Part shown: one piece after another, positions 22,621-35,701 of the stretch | How positions within the stretch are numbered: the first letter of the stretch is position 1 | How the letters are laid out: each line of letters begins with the position of its first letter | Source: Eledone cirrhosa | Lineage: Eukaryota | Direction: 5' to 3' | Assembly (NCBI GenBank): GCA_964016885.1 | Contig: OZ024742.1 | Location: forward strand, 197,780,001 to 197,844,000 | Length of the DNA stretch: 64,000 bases | Translations under genes and position numbers: made by a program | The notes under the pieces: model-generated | The model's input: the letters and a program-made list of their open reading frames with translations, nothing else | Databases searched by the model: none | Told to the model about the DNA's origin: nothing

Positions 22621-23884
22621 TATGAAACAAACCAATCTGAGATTATGAGTGATACGCTAAAGGTTTATATAAAAAATAACATTTTTTAAATGGAGCTTTC
22701 ATGGGCCCCTGTGAAGTCAAATTTTACAAATATCTTATCCAATGTTTTAGTATCACTAAAAGGCCAATATAAAGAGAATTGGCAGTTGTTAGAGCTTTGG
22801 ATTAAATGTTTCAGTATTTCTTCCTGTTCTCTGTGTCCTAGGCTCAAATCTCACAATGAACTACTTGGGTTGCAGACATCTCTCAGTTAAACACAACCAT
22901 CTGGACCGTAGAAGCCTTGAAGAGAGTCCACTTTGTTGTAAGCATTTGGACCAGGTTTTCAGTTTGAGGATGATGTTGTTCCTCCCTCTTACTCACCAAC
23001 TCTTAAAAGGGTCATAGGCAGTGCACTTCCTTTGCTGACTAAACAATGGTCTAAAGACAACACTGAGATACACATAGACTTCATCTGGCCCAATGTTAAC
23101 AAAGCAAAAATAAATTGACACAAAGCTGATAGATTGTTGTACTTGAAACTCTGAAAACACTACCAAATGATCACAGGAAACATAGTACACATGCACACAC
23201 AAACATGTGTGCACACGGCTGCAGTATTTAACACTTTTGATGCCAACCAGGCAAAATCTAGCTCTGGTTCTTTGAAACAAAACTACCTGCTTAAATTAAT
23301 ATCTTCCAACATAATTTCATATAAGAACCATATGTTAAGTTACTATCTTAGTAAGAAATTGAATAAATCCCTCAAAATTCTTCATAAATCAATTGAAATA
23401 AAGTGTATTTCATTCGAAATGTGGACAAGAAAGTTTAAAGGGTTCCTATTTTAAAGGGTTCCTAAATCTTCCAATAAAATTTAATGTAAGACCCATATAT
23501 GAAGTTACTATCTTACTAATAAAATAATTTTAGAAAATGCTTCGAAATTCTTCATTAATTGAAATAGAGTGTATTTCACTGCAAATACAGTCATTAAAAG
23601 GGTTAATGGCTTTGCCAGTGCCTTGATCACTCATATACATTTAACAACAACGAACCTCAGGCTAAACCAGAGGTTCTCAAACTTTTGGGGGACACTGCCC
23701 CCCTCACGGCCACATAATACCCTCAGCACCCCCACCCCCCCAATCATCAGTCTGTGATGACACATCCAAACCTTACTAGCAGAGAAACTGGACATTAAAC
23801 AATGATGGTGATGATGTTAGTTTAACATAGATGTAAAAAGAATGTGATTTTGCCAATAAGAATAAAGACATCTATGAGATTGGT

Positions 23885-24455
23885 GAAATAATAATGAAAT
23901 ATTGTGTACAGTACTCAGGTGCACTACAACTCATCAAAAAGTGTATGTATAGTACATAGGGTAATGTACAAACGTCAGGAAAATGAACAGTGCATGACTC
24001 ATGATATACACGTGTGCATGTGTATGGAAGGGGTACATCAGGTGTAGTTTTGGCGAATTTCGGGAAGCATGAGGGTTTTAAAGGATGCAGTGTCTCGGCA
24101 GCTAACAACTGACACAGGCAGTTTGTTCCATGCTTCAGCAACTCTGAGCGTGAAAAAATGTTTCTGAAAGTCATGGGAGCTGTGGTGTTTTCTGACTTTG
24201 TAGGCATGTCCACGTGTGTTAGACACATGGAGATCAAAAAGGTGCTCAGGGTTGTTGTTGGCGAGATGGTTAATAACTTTGTGGGTGTTTACCAAGTCCA
24301 TTGCCAGACGTCGGAGCTTCAATGAATCCATGCCCAGGGAAGCAAGGCGTTCAGAGTATGGTAGATGTCTGATGGAGGGTATGCGCTTAGTTGCACGTCT
24401 CTGAACAGTTTCCAGACTAATGATGCAAATTCCAAGTGTGGTTGTACCATAGCTG
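23885..24455 (-). mobile_element. 3' fragment of a CR1-clade LINE
   Basis: LETVQRRATK...YSERL..LG..SLKLRRL..DL...TRGHAYK...HFFTLRVAEAWNKLP..VV, the typical CR1 ORF2 C-terminus. Confidence 0.9.
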
Positions 24456-26392
24456 TATAATAATATTTTTTCTATTCGTCTAATAATACAACAAAACTAA
24501 TCTATTTGTTATTAAGTGCAACAGCAGAGAGAAATACTTTGAAGTTTGGTACAAGTCACAGAAGAATGGTGGATGTCTTTTTTTTTTTTTTTTGATTTCA
24601 TTCATGTAACCTCAAAGCACGTGGCCTAGTGATTAGAGTTGATAAACTCACAATGAGTTGAGTTCCTAAACAGAGTAACATGATATGTCTTTGAGCAAGG
24701 TACTTCTATTCATGTTGTTCCATTTCATTCAACTGTAAATGAGTACCAGTGGTTGCTAGAGGTTAGTCTAAAGATAGACATAAAACGCTAACTAACTTTA
24801 ATTAATTCATGTATGCTCTAAACTCAAATACTATCGATGCTGACTTTTTGGCTTTTTATTTTTCTGGGGTTGAGTTGTAGGTGATGTGGGTGTCAGCAAA
24901 CAAAGTCTCATCCAGCATGTATGTGCTAAGGTCAATTCAATCTAACCTTTATCTACCCCAAAAAGATTTCTGTACATGAAATTATATATGAGTCAGCACT
25001 CTCCCCAGTTGGGTTGATGTAGCTCCATCCAATGAACCCATAATCACAGTGAACAGAATCTAATGATAGACAGTGATTACAGAGACTTGACATGTTGATC
25101 ATTGTCAACCAGTCACAATCCAATGGCAGACTATATATATATTTTTTTTTTTAAAGTGAAATAAAATTTACAGCTCCTACCTATGCAAGTTCAGCCAGCC
25201 TCCTATGAGGTTTCACCTCATTTAAGGCCTCTTGGGTGTTTTATTAATAGGGAGTACCAGTTGTTTCATGAAAAGCAGCATGGAAGGAAGCATCTTGCTC
25301 AAAAATACAGCACATTGCCCTGTTCAGGAATGAAACACGCAACCCCATGATTATGAAACAAGCATTTAAACCCCTAGACCATGTGCCTTCAATGTCACGT
25401 AAAACTGTGAAAAGCTCAGGGTTACATCCAACCCATGTAAAACACCTACATGTTGGTCAAGTCAACTCAGTTGGAAAATATTTGTTATACTTGTACGTCA
25501 AAGAGCTAATCATGTCATACAAGGTGCCACACTGAATCTCCTAGTGAATTATGTTATGGCTTCACATATCTGTGGAATACACAGCCACTTACACTATAAT
25601 ACAAGATGGGCTATACCTGTAATTCAAAGGGTGAGTCCTATCACACAGTGTCACATTAAATTTCTCTTAGAATTACAAGAATACACTTGGCTGTGAAATG
25701 CTCAGCCACTTTCATGTTAATTTCACAATCAAGCTGTTTCATTGATCAAACAACTAGAATGCCAATTGTTGGAACTGTACCATATAAAACTACATTACCA
25801 AGACATTTTTGAAAAATACAAAACAGCACTATGACTGCATTACATTAAAAATTAAAGTTTTTACTTTAGTTCAAATGTTCACAATGATCTGTCCTCACAT
25901 TAGCTGTAACTGAATCACATTAAAAACTGAAGATGTTTATGTGAATACTTCATATTTTCACAAAGATCTGTCCACTAGTAAAGATACAATAAACATTTCA
26001 ATTAATAAACCCACTTTTAGATGTTTTCTGCTAAATCATAACAGGATGTTAAGAGTTAGTATGTACTTAAAGAATTCCCATTTGTTTCAACCCTTAGACA
26101 GTGGGTAACTACAGATAAAAGAAACCCCTAGAGGGGTAAATAAACTAATGTGCAGCAAAGTATTCCAAACATCCAGTATTTGGTGTGAAGTAACACCACT
26201 ACTACTGACATTGTACTTACTACCAACCACTACTATTATTACTGGTACCACTAACACTGTTACTACTGTCACCACAACAGCTACTACTACCCCCCCCCCC
26301 ACACACACACACACTACTATCATCAAAACTGACACTGTTACTACTTCTACAATAACAACCAGCACTGACGCCACTACTACTAATAATAAATG

Positions 26393-26997
26393 GTTTCTGA
26401 TTTAGGCACAAGGCCAGAAAATTTTTTTTTTTGGCGGGGGGGATCAAATAAATCGACCCTTGCACATTACTGGTGCTTATTTTATCGACCCTGTAAGGAT
26501 GAAAGGCAAAGCTAACCTAGGCAGGATTTGAACTCAGAACATAAAGGGCCGTAACTATGCTGCAAAGTATGGTGTCCGACACTCTACTGATAGTGACAAT
26601 CCACATATTAATGGTTTCTGATTTAGGCACAAGGTAAACAATTTGAGGGAGGGGTAAGTCAAATAAATCAACCCCAGTATTTGATTGGTACTTTATTTTA
26701 ATGACACTGCAAGGAAGAGAGGCAGTTGACCTAGCCAGATTTGAACTCAGAATGTAAAGAAAGATCTGAAGCAAAAAATGTTTTTATTATTATTATTCTG
26801 TAAAGGCGGTGGATTGGCAGTATCGGTAGAAGGTCGGACACCATGCTTTGCAGCAGAGAGTTACGGCCCTTTATGATCTGAGTTCAAATTCCACCACGGT
26901 TAAATTTGCCTTTCATCCTTACAAGGTCAATAAAATAAAGTACCAGTAATGCACCAAGATAATTGCTGGCCTTGTGCCAAAAATAGAAACAATTATT
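26393..26997. mobile_element. Cluster of three family A SINEs (two minus, one plus)
   Basis: Same A/B boxes and core; the plus copy 26804-26997 is flanked by a TSD ATTATTATTCTGTAAAG. Confidence 0.85.
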
Positions 26998-27587
26998 ATT
27001 CTGTAAAGAGGCTGGTGATAGAAAGTGCACCAAGGAGACAAAAGGACTCTTCAGCTTTGTCAAAGACATGATAACCTCCCTAGTGCTGGTACCAGGATAA
27101 AATGCATCCGGCACACCTTGAAGAGTACTGGAACATATGTAAGATGCAGATCCCCAACCCAAATGAGAGGTCAGTAGCTACAATTATGTACTGATCCGGT
27201 CTATGATGATGGGATCAACCCTTGCTAGCTGGGGAAATTTGATGTATGATGATAAGAGCAACAAATGGATACATTACAAGAATAAAGAAATAGCAAAAAC
27301 AAAGGAAAAAAAAATACAACTAAATTGGAAGTAAATACAAAAATGCTACTACTCCCCACCCCTCCACACACACACAATACATCACATAGGTGTATGGTGG
27401 AATGAATGTGTAAATGGCTCAGTATTCCATAGATATGTGTACCCTTAATGTAATAGTCGGAGAGATTCAACATGACACAGTGTGTGATAAGGCTGGCACT
27501 TTGAATTACAGATACAGTCTATCTGACTGATTTCCAAATAGCTTCTGTCTATCCAATTTCATGGACAAAGCTTGAGTCAACCAAACA

Positions 27588-27623
27588 GTAGTGGTAGTAG
27601 TAGCAGTGATAGCTGTGATGGTG

Positions 27624-27655
<32 letters not shown>

Positions 27656-28410
27656 GGTGGTAGCTGTGGTGGCGGTGGTAGTAGTAGCAGTGGTAGTTGT
27701 GATGATAGTAGTGATGGGAGTCGGTGGTAGTGGTAGCAGTGGTAGTTGTGGTGGTGGTGGTAGTGGTGGTGGTAGTAGTAGTAGTAGTTGTGGTGGTAGT
27801 AGTAGTAGTAACAGTGGTAGTTGTGGTGGTGGTGATAGTGACAGTGTGGTGGTAGTAGTAGTAGTAGTTGTTGTGGTGGTAGTAGTATTAGAGTGGTAGT
27901 AGTAGCAGTGGTAGTTGTGGTGGTAGTAGTAGCAGTGGTAGTTGTGGTGGTGGTGATAGTAGCAGTGGCAGTGTGGTGGTAGGAGTAGTAGTGGTAGTTG
28001 TTGTGGTGGTAGTAGTATTAGAGTGGTAGTTGTGGTGGTGGTAGTAGTAGCAGTGGTAGTTGTGGTGGTAGTTGTGGTGGTGGTGATAGTAGCAGTGGCA
28101 GTGTTGTGGTAGGAGTAGTAGTGGTAGTTGTTGTGGTGGTGGTAGTGGTAGTTGTGGTAGTGGTGATAGTATCAGTGGCAGTGTGGTGGTGGTAGTAGTA
28201 GTTGTTATGGTGGTAGTAGTAGCAGTGGTAATTGTGGTGGTAGTTGTGGTGGTGTTAGTAATAGTAGTAGTAGTAGTGGTGGTGATAGTAGCAGTGGCAG
28301 TGTGGTGATAGTAGTAGTTATGATGGTGGTAGTAGCAGTGGTAGTTGTGGTGGTGATAGTAGTGATGGGGGTGGAGAGATAGTAGCTGTTGTGGTGACTG
28401 TGGTAGTGAT
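27588..28410. repeat. (GTG/GTA/GTT)n triplet satellite with higher-order blocks
   Basis: Recurrent block GGTGATAGTAGCAGTGGCAGTGTGGTG at roughly 120-130 bp spacing. Confidence 0.9.
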
Positions 28411-28682
28411 AAATGACACTTGCTCAAGACATCACGCAGTGGGATTAAACCTGGCACCATATGACTGTGAAGTGAACCTGTTAATCATTCAGCCATGCTG
28501 CATCTGCATTCCTTCAAGGAAGAACCACAACGCCATCACAGTATGTTGTTTTGTTTGGATATATACTTATCTACATCAGTTCTGATAACTACTTTCTAAC
28601 ATTTTCCATCCTCTTCTATCCAACATGACATGTTAACTAGATCTTTAATCTAACCATCATTACAACCTATCATTTCTCAATA

Positions 28683-29037
28683 ACTTAACAACTTCCCATC
28701 AGTAACAACAATGGAGCTAAAGGCGAGTGAGGCACTGCCCCTGGAGCAATTACAAACTATGCAGTGTGGAAATGCCTAAATAGACTAAGATCTGGTGTTG
28801 GACGAGCAAAAGTCACTCTTTGCAAAATGGGGATATTTAAAGGATGGGGACGTTGTGTGTGACTGCGGCATCGAACCACAGACTGTGCAGCACTTCCTAA
28901 TATGCCCGCTGCTGGAACACTCCCTACACAGCATTGGATTTGTCAGAGTTTAATGAGAAAGGACAGCAATGTGTTCAGCTGTGGTGGAACCACATCTAGC
29001 CAAGCTTTGTAACTGACACTGTTGTAGACACAAGAAG
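28683..29037 (+). mobile_element. 5'-truncated Ingi/Vingi-like (or RTEX-like) LINE 3' end
   Basis: LNRLRSGVGRAKVTL / KWGY...CDCGIEPQTVQHFLICPLL CCHC motif; AAGAAG tail; 14-bp TSD ATCATTTCTCAATA at 28669-28682 and 29038-29051. Confidence 0.8.
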
Positions 29038-29260
29038 ATCATTTCTCAATAGGAGAGAAAAAAAAAGAGAAAAAAGGGCCTTCTTTGGTCATGACTGGCT
29101 GTGGGCTTAGCACCCATGACTGACTGACCATGGGCTTGTCTCTCTAAGGCACAAACCTGAACAAGGTGTTTTGTGGAAGACCAGCAGTCACCAATAGATG
29201 CAAGTCTCCACTTTCTATGTCAATGATGATACAGCCTGTGCCTGTGTCATTGCAACTGAT

Positions 29261-29488
29261 ATAACCCTTTAGTATTCACATTACTCTATATATACTATTA
29301 TATTTTCATGGTAAAGGCTTTACCTCGCATAATTATCTCACATAATATCGAATCTATGAGATTTTGAAAGTATTTATTTTGAGAACAATACCTTAACATC
29401 AGTTTGAGCAACCAGTTACAGCCTGTTTCAACAAAAAGAGATAAATAATTCTGGCCGGTTTTGGCCGGTTTGAACATTAAAGGGATAT
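29261..29488. mobile_element. piggyBac-type MITE family 1 at a non-TTAA site
   Basis: Flanks are ATAA-CCCTTT...AAAGGG-ATAT; body matches 16126-16354. Confidence 0.85.
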
Positions 29489-29825
29489 ACACTATATATA
29501 TATACACTATAAATATATACTATATATATACACCATATATGATGTTATCCAAGGAAAAGATAAAGGCTGATACAGCCTGGTGCTCATGTAGTTGCAACTG
29601 ATATATACACTATATACACACTATATATATATATACTATATACACACTATGTATACACTATATATGATGTTATCCAAGGGAAAGGTAAAGGCCAGTACAG
29701 CTTGTCACTAGTGTAGATGCAACTTTTCTTTTTTTTTTTTTACAGCTGTGGACTGGAAAAACAAAGTACATAAAATCTAATTTTAAAGCGAATAAAGCGG
29801 AACGTTTTTCTCTGAGAGTTCCCTA

Positions 29826-29866
29826 TATTCTGATGAAGGGAATTTTAAGTCCCAAAATATTAGGAC
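29826..29866 (+). ncRNA. Degenerate minimal hammerhead-ribozyme-like motif
   Basis: CTGATGA-A-GGGA...TCCC-(A)AAA-TATT; stem II pairs; GAAA core mutated at a probable CpG. Confidence 0.45.
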
Positions 29867-30519
29867 ATAAAAAAAAAAAAGATTACCAGGTATCTAACTT
29901 TTGCCTCCATCTTATCGTCCATTTTGCATTGTTTAGCCTCATATCACTTTCCACATTATTTATTATATACAATGCTTCAAGCAAACTACATTTTATTATA
30001 ATATACAGTGTCTTTTCAAGGACACAATGCATTACCTAGTTCAGGAATTGAATTTATGATGTTATGATTGGGACTCCAACACACAAACCACTAAACCGTG
30101 TGCCTTCTCAATATTCATTCACAAAAAATCTCCTCATTCTACATGTGAGATTTGTCTCTTGCTTTTAGATACAGTAAATAAATGTATTTATTGATAATCT
30201 GGCTTTCAAAGATTTTCATCCCCAATCTGTGTGTGTGTGGCAATCACATATGTGTGTGTGTGTGTGATGTGTGGCAATCAGGTGCACACACCTACACACA
30301 AAGACTATAGCCAATAGTTTTACTGAAGAATTTCTTAACGAAAGACAGTGCTTATAATCTTCAAATCAAGAATTTGAAGGGATTTACTATAGTTATTCAA
30401 CTAGTGCTTGGACCATAACTTAAAATTTCTCATTAAGTTGGTGTTTGGAAAATAAATAAAAAGGATCTTACATAAAATTATAATGGAAGATTTATAGATA
30501 AATATAAGTATTCTAAAAT

Positions 30520-30811
30520 CATTATCATCATCCGGCGGACTCAGCCGAAATCGACCTCCACGTGGGTCTGTCGTTCATTGCCGCTGCCAAATCCTGGATT
30601 TCAATACCAGAATCTCTGGAGATGACATTAGTATGGGAGAACTTGCCCCCACCCCTGTTATTAGTGACTGTTTGTGGTTTCCAAAGCACTAATGGGGACA
30701 CAGCCTCATAGGTGGCACGATAGCAGTGGCCAGCAAATCTTGCTCTCCTTTTATGTACAACAACAGATATGCGTGAGAAGCCGGCATATATTTCTTTCAG
30801 AGTCAGATGTC
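30520..30811 (-). mobile_element. 5'-truncated RTE LINE (distinct subfamily) inserted in a MITE family 2 copy
   Basis: Minus strand reads KRRARFAGHCYRA...LVLWKP...MNDRPTWRS; (ATG)n tail; TSD TCTAAAAT at 30512-30519 and 30812-30819. Confidence 0.8.
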
Positions 30812-30879
30812 TCTAAAATAAACAGATGTACATGTCTGTCCCTGCACCATTAATATTTTGAAAACATTTCTAAACTGGT

Positions 30880-31210
30880 AGTCTAAAACAATAGCAACCA
30901 TGACATAAGAACTATAGACTATTTACTCAGTTCAGTGTACCAGAAGCAGTTAGTCTAGTTAGTAACAATAACAACTGTAACAATGATTTTAAACTGAAAA
31001 CTCAGCTCAATGTACCAGGTTCACTTAAGTTTAGCAACAATAGCAACCGTAATGTAAAGGATGTATATTATTTATTCAACTCAATGTACCAGATGCAGTT
31101 AGCCTAGTTAGCAACTACAGCATGAAGACTATGAGATGTACTTAGCCTAGTTAACAACTATAACAACCAGAGCATGAGAAGTATATATCATTTATTTAGC
31201 TCAATGTAAT
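30880..31210. repeat. Degenerate tandem repeat, unit roughly 70-75 bp
   Basis: Recurring CTCAATGTACCAG...TTAGCCTAGTTAGCAACAATA. Confidence 0.7.
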
Positions 31211-31429
31211 AGATATAAGATCAATTACTACTTAGGTGATATATATAAAGTATCACGAGGACCACTGCTTGCTGTAATAGATAGCATCTAGTTTATTTAG
31301 CTGATATATTTAGTGGTGAAATTATCTAACTAGAAGATCAAGGAAAAGGAAAAGTTGATAAAACTGTTGCGTCTGTTGTTACCATGATAAATATTCTCAC
31401 AATATACGAGACATGGTCAAGAAGTGTGT

Positions 31430-31535
31430 AACATAACAAGTCACTGTGACACAATAACAGTTACAGTCACTGTGACACAATAATACTTACACAGTCACTG
31501 TGACATAATAACAGTCACAGTCACTGTGACAATAG
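31430..31535. repeat. Minisatellite built on ACAGTCACTGTGACA
   Basis: Four copies of the near-palindromic core GTCACTGTGAC. Confidence 0.8.
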
Positions 31536-31561
31536 TTGACAAAGGGCTGTGTGTGTATGTG

Positions 31562-31623
<62 letters not shown>

Positions 31624-31659
31624 TATATAATATTCAGTTGATGAGAGTTGGTTGATCAA

Positions 31660-33860
31660 CATAAACCCTTCATCAGGAGAAAAGTGGGTAGGAAGAGAGT
31701 TCCCAGGGTGTGTGGGGGCAGTGGTGGAAAGACATTTAGAAAAAAAGGGGGGGAGAGAAAAGGGTGGAAAAACGATTGAAGTACAAATAAAAATAAACAT
31801 AAAAATAAACAAGTGATGGAAGGGTGTGAGGCGTGTAGGGGTAGAGTGGGGGCGGGTGGAGTTGGGAGGCGTTGGGTCCAAGCGGGGAGGGCTGAAGGTG
31901 GTGTTTGTGTATGTGTGTAGGTGTACGTGTGTGTGTGTGTGTGTGTGCGTGTGTATGTGAGAGTTGGGGGAAGAACGAGGTTCCATGTTCAGGAAAAGGT
32001 GTGTGCGTGGGGTGGGGTGTAGGTCAGTGTGTGCGTGTGTGTGGATAGATAAGGGGGGGGGGGGGTGATTCCGGAGGCTGAGTGTGTATATGTGGTTGTG
32101 CGCACGTGTGTTTGTGTTTATACGTGGTGTGGATGTGGGTGGCGTGGTTCGAAAAAAAATGTGAGTGTTTGTTAGTGGGTAAGTTCCTAAGGTAGTTCCG
32201 TGGAGTGTGCGATGAGATGTTGGATACTTTTCATGTTACGGAGTGGATAGCTGGAACGATGACCGGTGGTGTGGAATCCATTGGTTGTTGTGGTGGTCGG
32301 AAGTGGAGAGATGTGGGGGGTGCGCGCGGAACAGGAAGTGGTCAGAGGGTCAAGGCAGGGTGAAGAGATAGCAGTAGAGGAGGATGACAGGTGGAGAAAT
32401 GGTCTGTTGTGGTGAGGACTGTGTGTCTGTGTGTGCGGAGGTGCGGTGGACAGGGGAGAGGATGGGTAGGCGTGAAAGGTGGAGGGGGAAGGTGGTGATG
32501 TGGGGGATGGGGTTATATTAGAAGAGGTATTAGTGGATTAGTGGAATGTGTGTGTGAAGGGGTGTAGGTGGAGTGGGGAGAGGGAGAGAAAAGGTGTTGG
32601 GGGCGGAGGAGGGAGAGTAGTGTACTGGTGTGTGTGTGCGTGTTTGGATGAGTGTGTGTGTAGGTAGTGGGGGTGTTAGTAGGTCTTAGTATTACTGGTG
32701 GTGAAAGGTTGTTAGTTGTGGGGTGAGGCAGTGAAAAGGAGGAGTGTGTGGGGGGGGTCGAAGGCTAAAGGAATAGGGGTGGGGAGTTCAGGCCGGTGGG
32801 GGGTGTGGGTCTGTAGTGTGAAGATGGTGCGTTGTTCGGCCAGTGTTCCATGGCATTGGAGTAGGCCACAGACTGTGAGGTGGTGGGCGGCATGTTCAGG
32901 GGAGCCAAAGTGGTGGGCGATGGGGGAACTGCTGCCGAGACGAATATCCTGGAGGTGTTCAGTTAAACGGTCCGCCAGGGGACGTCCAGTCTGTCCGACG
33001 TAGGTTGCGCTACATTCCGTGCAGCGAAGTCCATAGAGTAGGTTGGAGGAGGTGCAGCGGAAGGCGTGCCAGACAGAGAGAGAGTGGACGTTGGGACCCT
33101 GGAAGGTGGTGGTGTTGCTGATGTGGGGCAGGTGTGGAAGCGAAGCCTGGAGCAGGGAAGGGAACCGGGGGGGGGCTGCGGACGAGGAGGGTGCGGAATT
33201 GCGTGCGCGTTTGAAGGATGGGAAGATGGAGGAGGTGGAGGGGTCAGAAGAGGCGGAGGATGGTGTGGTGGAGGCGTGGTAGGTGATTGGAAAGGGAGAC
33301 AGTGGGTGGGTGTGCGGTGGCATGGGGTGAGGGCAGTGGACAGCACGGGCGTGAGTGAGGGCGGTGTGGACGAGGGATGGGGTAACCTCTCCAGATGAAA
33401 TGGCTGATTAGGGAAAGAACCTGGGACTCAAAGTCAGCATCTCAGCTGCAGAGGCGGCGGATCCGGAGGAGTTGGGAGTAGGGAATAGAGTGTTTTGTGT
33501 GTGTAGGGTGGGAGGAGGTGAAGTCAAGCTAGGAGTGGGAGTCGGTAGGTTTGAAGAAGGCGGATGTGACAAGGGAGCGGTGGGAGGGGGTCGATGGCGA
33601 CGGGGATGTCTAAGAAGTGGACATGGGTGGTGGATATAGAGGTGGTGAAGTGGAGGGAGGGGTGGAAGGAGCAGAAGAAGGAGAGAAAGGAATCGAGCTG
33701 TTCTCGGTTGAGGGTCGTGGCTCCGATACAGTCATCGATGTAACGACCGTACAGTTCGGGCGTGGAGACGGTGTACCGGGCAAAGATTTGGGTCTCAACA
33801 TGGCCAACGAAAAGGTTGCCATAGTTTCGGCCCATTCTTGTGCCCATGGCTACCCTCGTG
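31660..33860 (-). mobile_element. 5'-truncated Penelope-like element (RT plus GIY-YIG endonuclease)
   Basis: RT motifs VAMGTRMGRNYGNLFVG and YGRYIDDC (33524-33860); GIY-YIG motif CTSSNLLYGLRCTECSATYVGQTGRPLADRLTEHL (32712-33100); long C-rich 3' region ending in CTGATGAAGGG. Confidence 0.92.
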
Positions 33861-34123
33861 ACATACATAAATACATACATATACATATAATGGTTAACAG
33901 GCTACACTAGCTGTTCAACTGTTCTAGCCACTGTTTATATGAGAAGAGATATCTGTTATAGAAGATGGAAAGAAGAGAGAAGAGAGAGAAAGAAGTAATA
34001 AGACTGCTGTTTGCTCTCTGATATGAAGAGAAGGAATATGACTGCCATTTGGTCTGTAAGAAGAGAAGGAAAGAAGACCACTGTTTGGTCTCTAAGAAGA
34101 AGCACTGAAATGAGGACAGATGT

Positions 34124-34171
<48 letters not shown>

Positions 34172-34229
34172 GGCAGGCAGGCAGGCAGGCAGTTTTACAG
34201 CAATCTTATTAAGAAACAAGAGATAACAT

Positions 34230-34852
34230 TTGAGATCTTATGTGTGTCATAGATGTTTGTGTGTGTCTGGGTGCACATGTATGCATGTGTATATGCATAT
34301 GTGAGTGTGTGAGGACAGATGTGAGTGTGAAGACAGTTTGTGTGCATGTGTGCACATGTGTATATCATAGACATGTGTATGTTTATGTGAATGAGGATAC
34401 ATGTACGTGTGTGTATGTGTGTGTGGTATAGGGGTATCATAGATGTTTATATGTGAATGTGTGTGAATGTGTGTGTATGTATGTATATGCATGTATATGC
34501 ATGTACATGTATGTGTCTGTGCAATGTGAGCATATGTATGTGTATGCATGAATGACTGCATATGCATGGATTGCACATGTGTGTGCATGATCTGAGTATC
34601 ATAGATGCTGGTATGTGTGAGTGTACATGTGTGAGCATGTTTGTGTGTATGTATTTGTGTATGCTTCCTTGTGTGCATGTGTGTGCTTATTTGCATATGT
34701 ATGCCCATGTGCACATACATGTGTGCAAGTGTATTTGCATATGTGTGTGCACATGTGTATGTGTGCGTGTGTGCATTTGCGTATGTATACCCATGTGTGT
34801 GTGTGCATGTGTATTTGCATATGTATCCCTGTGCACATGCATGTGTGTGTGG
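34230..34852. repeat. Degenerate alternating purine-pyrimidine (TG/TA/CA) tract, preceded by (GACA)n(GGCA)n at 34125-34190
   Basis: Seen directly. Confidence 0.9.
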
Positions 34853-35273
34853 AAACAGAAAGGAATTAGAGGTTAATAGTTATACCATTGCAGAAATTAG
34901 AAAGCAGTGAAAATTAGCTAGTGATTAGCTGGGTAATGAAACAGTGGGGGAAGGAGGAAGGGGAGGCATATATAAAGGTGAGAGAGAAAGGGGAGATAGG
35001 AAGAGGGGAAAGAGATAGATATAGATGTACAGAATGGGACATATAGAGAGCAAGGGGGTAAGGAATAAATAGACAGGCAGACAGACAAACAGTCAGAGGT
35101 AGGGGGAGATAATTGTAGGCATTAATCCTATACTATAATAGTCAAGATTGCTTGGTGTGTAATTTAGTTTTAAAATTAAGGTGTGGACTAGAGAAGGGCA
35201 ATCCTTGCAACCATATGTACACACACACACATATATATATAAATATATGTATTTACACACATACATACATAAA

Positions 35274-35701
35274 TAGTGATACCTCACACACAGTACGAGT
35301 TTAATTCGTTCCATGACAGAACTCGTTTTACGATTTACTCTATTTACAAATCAATTTTCCCAATTGAAATTAATTCAAATATAAATAATCCATTCCAGCC
35401 ACCCAAAACCTCCCAAAAATCTTCTTTTTTTTTTATGGGTTTTAAAACAGAAAAGGTGCAGTTATTATAAAATAATATCAAAAAATGCACAGAGCTATAA
35501 AAAAAAAAAAATAGGAAAACAATAGGGATGCTGTCACAACAAGATAAACGCTGGGAGAGTGTGTGCGAGCCCAGCACCGACTAGCTGTCGCTCGCATGAA
35601 ACTCGCTCGTACTGCAGATTTCCACTCATACTACAAGATAATAATTCGCACAAGCCTCGGCTTGTACAGCAATGGGGCACTCATACTGCAAGGTTCTACT
35701 G
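35274..35701. mobile_element. Tigger/pogo-type (Tc1-mariner) MITE
   Basis: Left end TAGTGATACCTC...TACGAGTTTAATTCGTTCC; right end CAAGGTTCTACTG-TA; repeated CTCGTAC/CTCATAC subterminal motifs. Confidence 0.65.

Noticed and set aside
27591-28460. Poly-Val, Gly/Ser and poly-Thr/His ORFs
   Set aside because: Translations of a triplet repeat; no splice signals or domain evidence.
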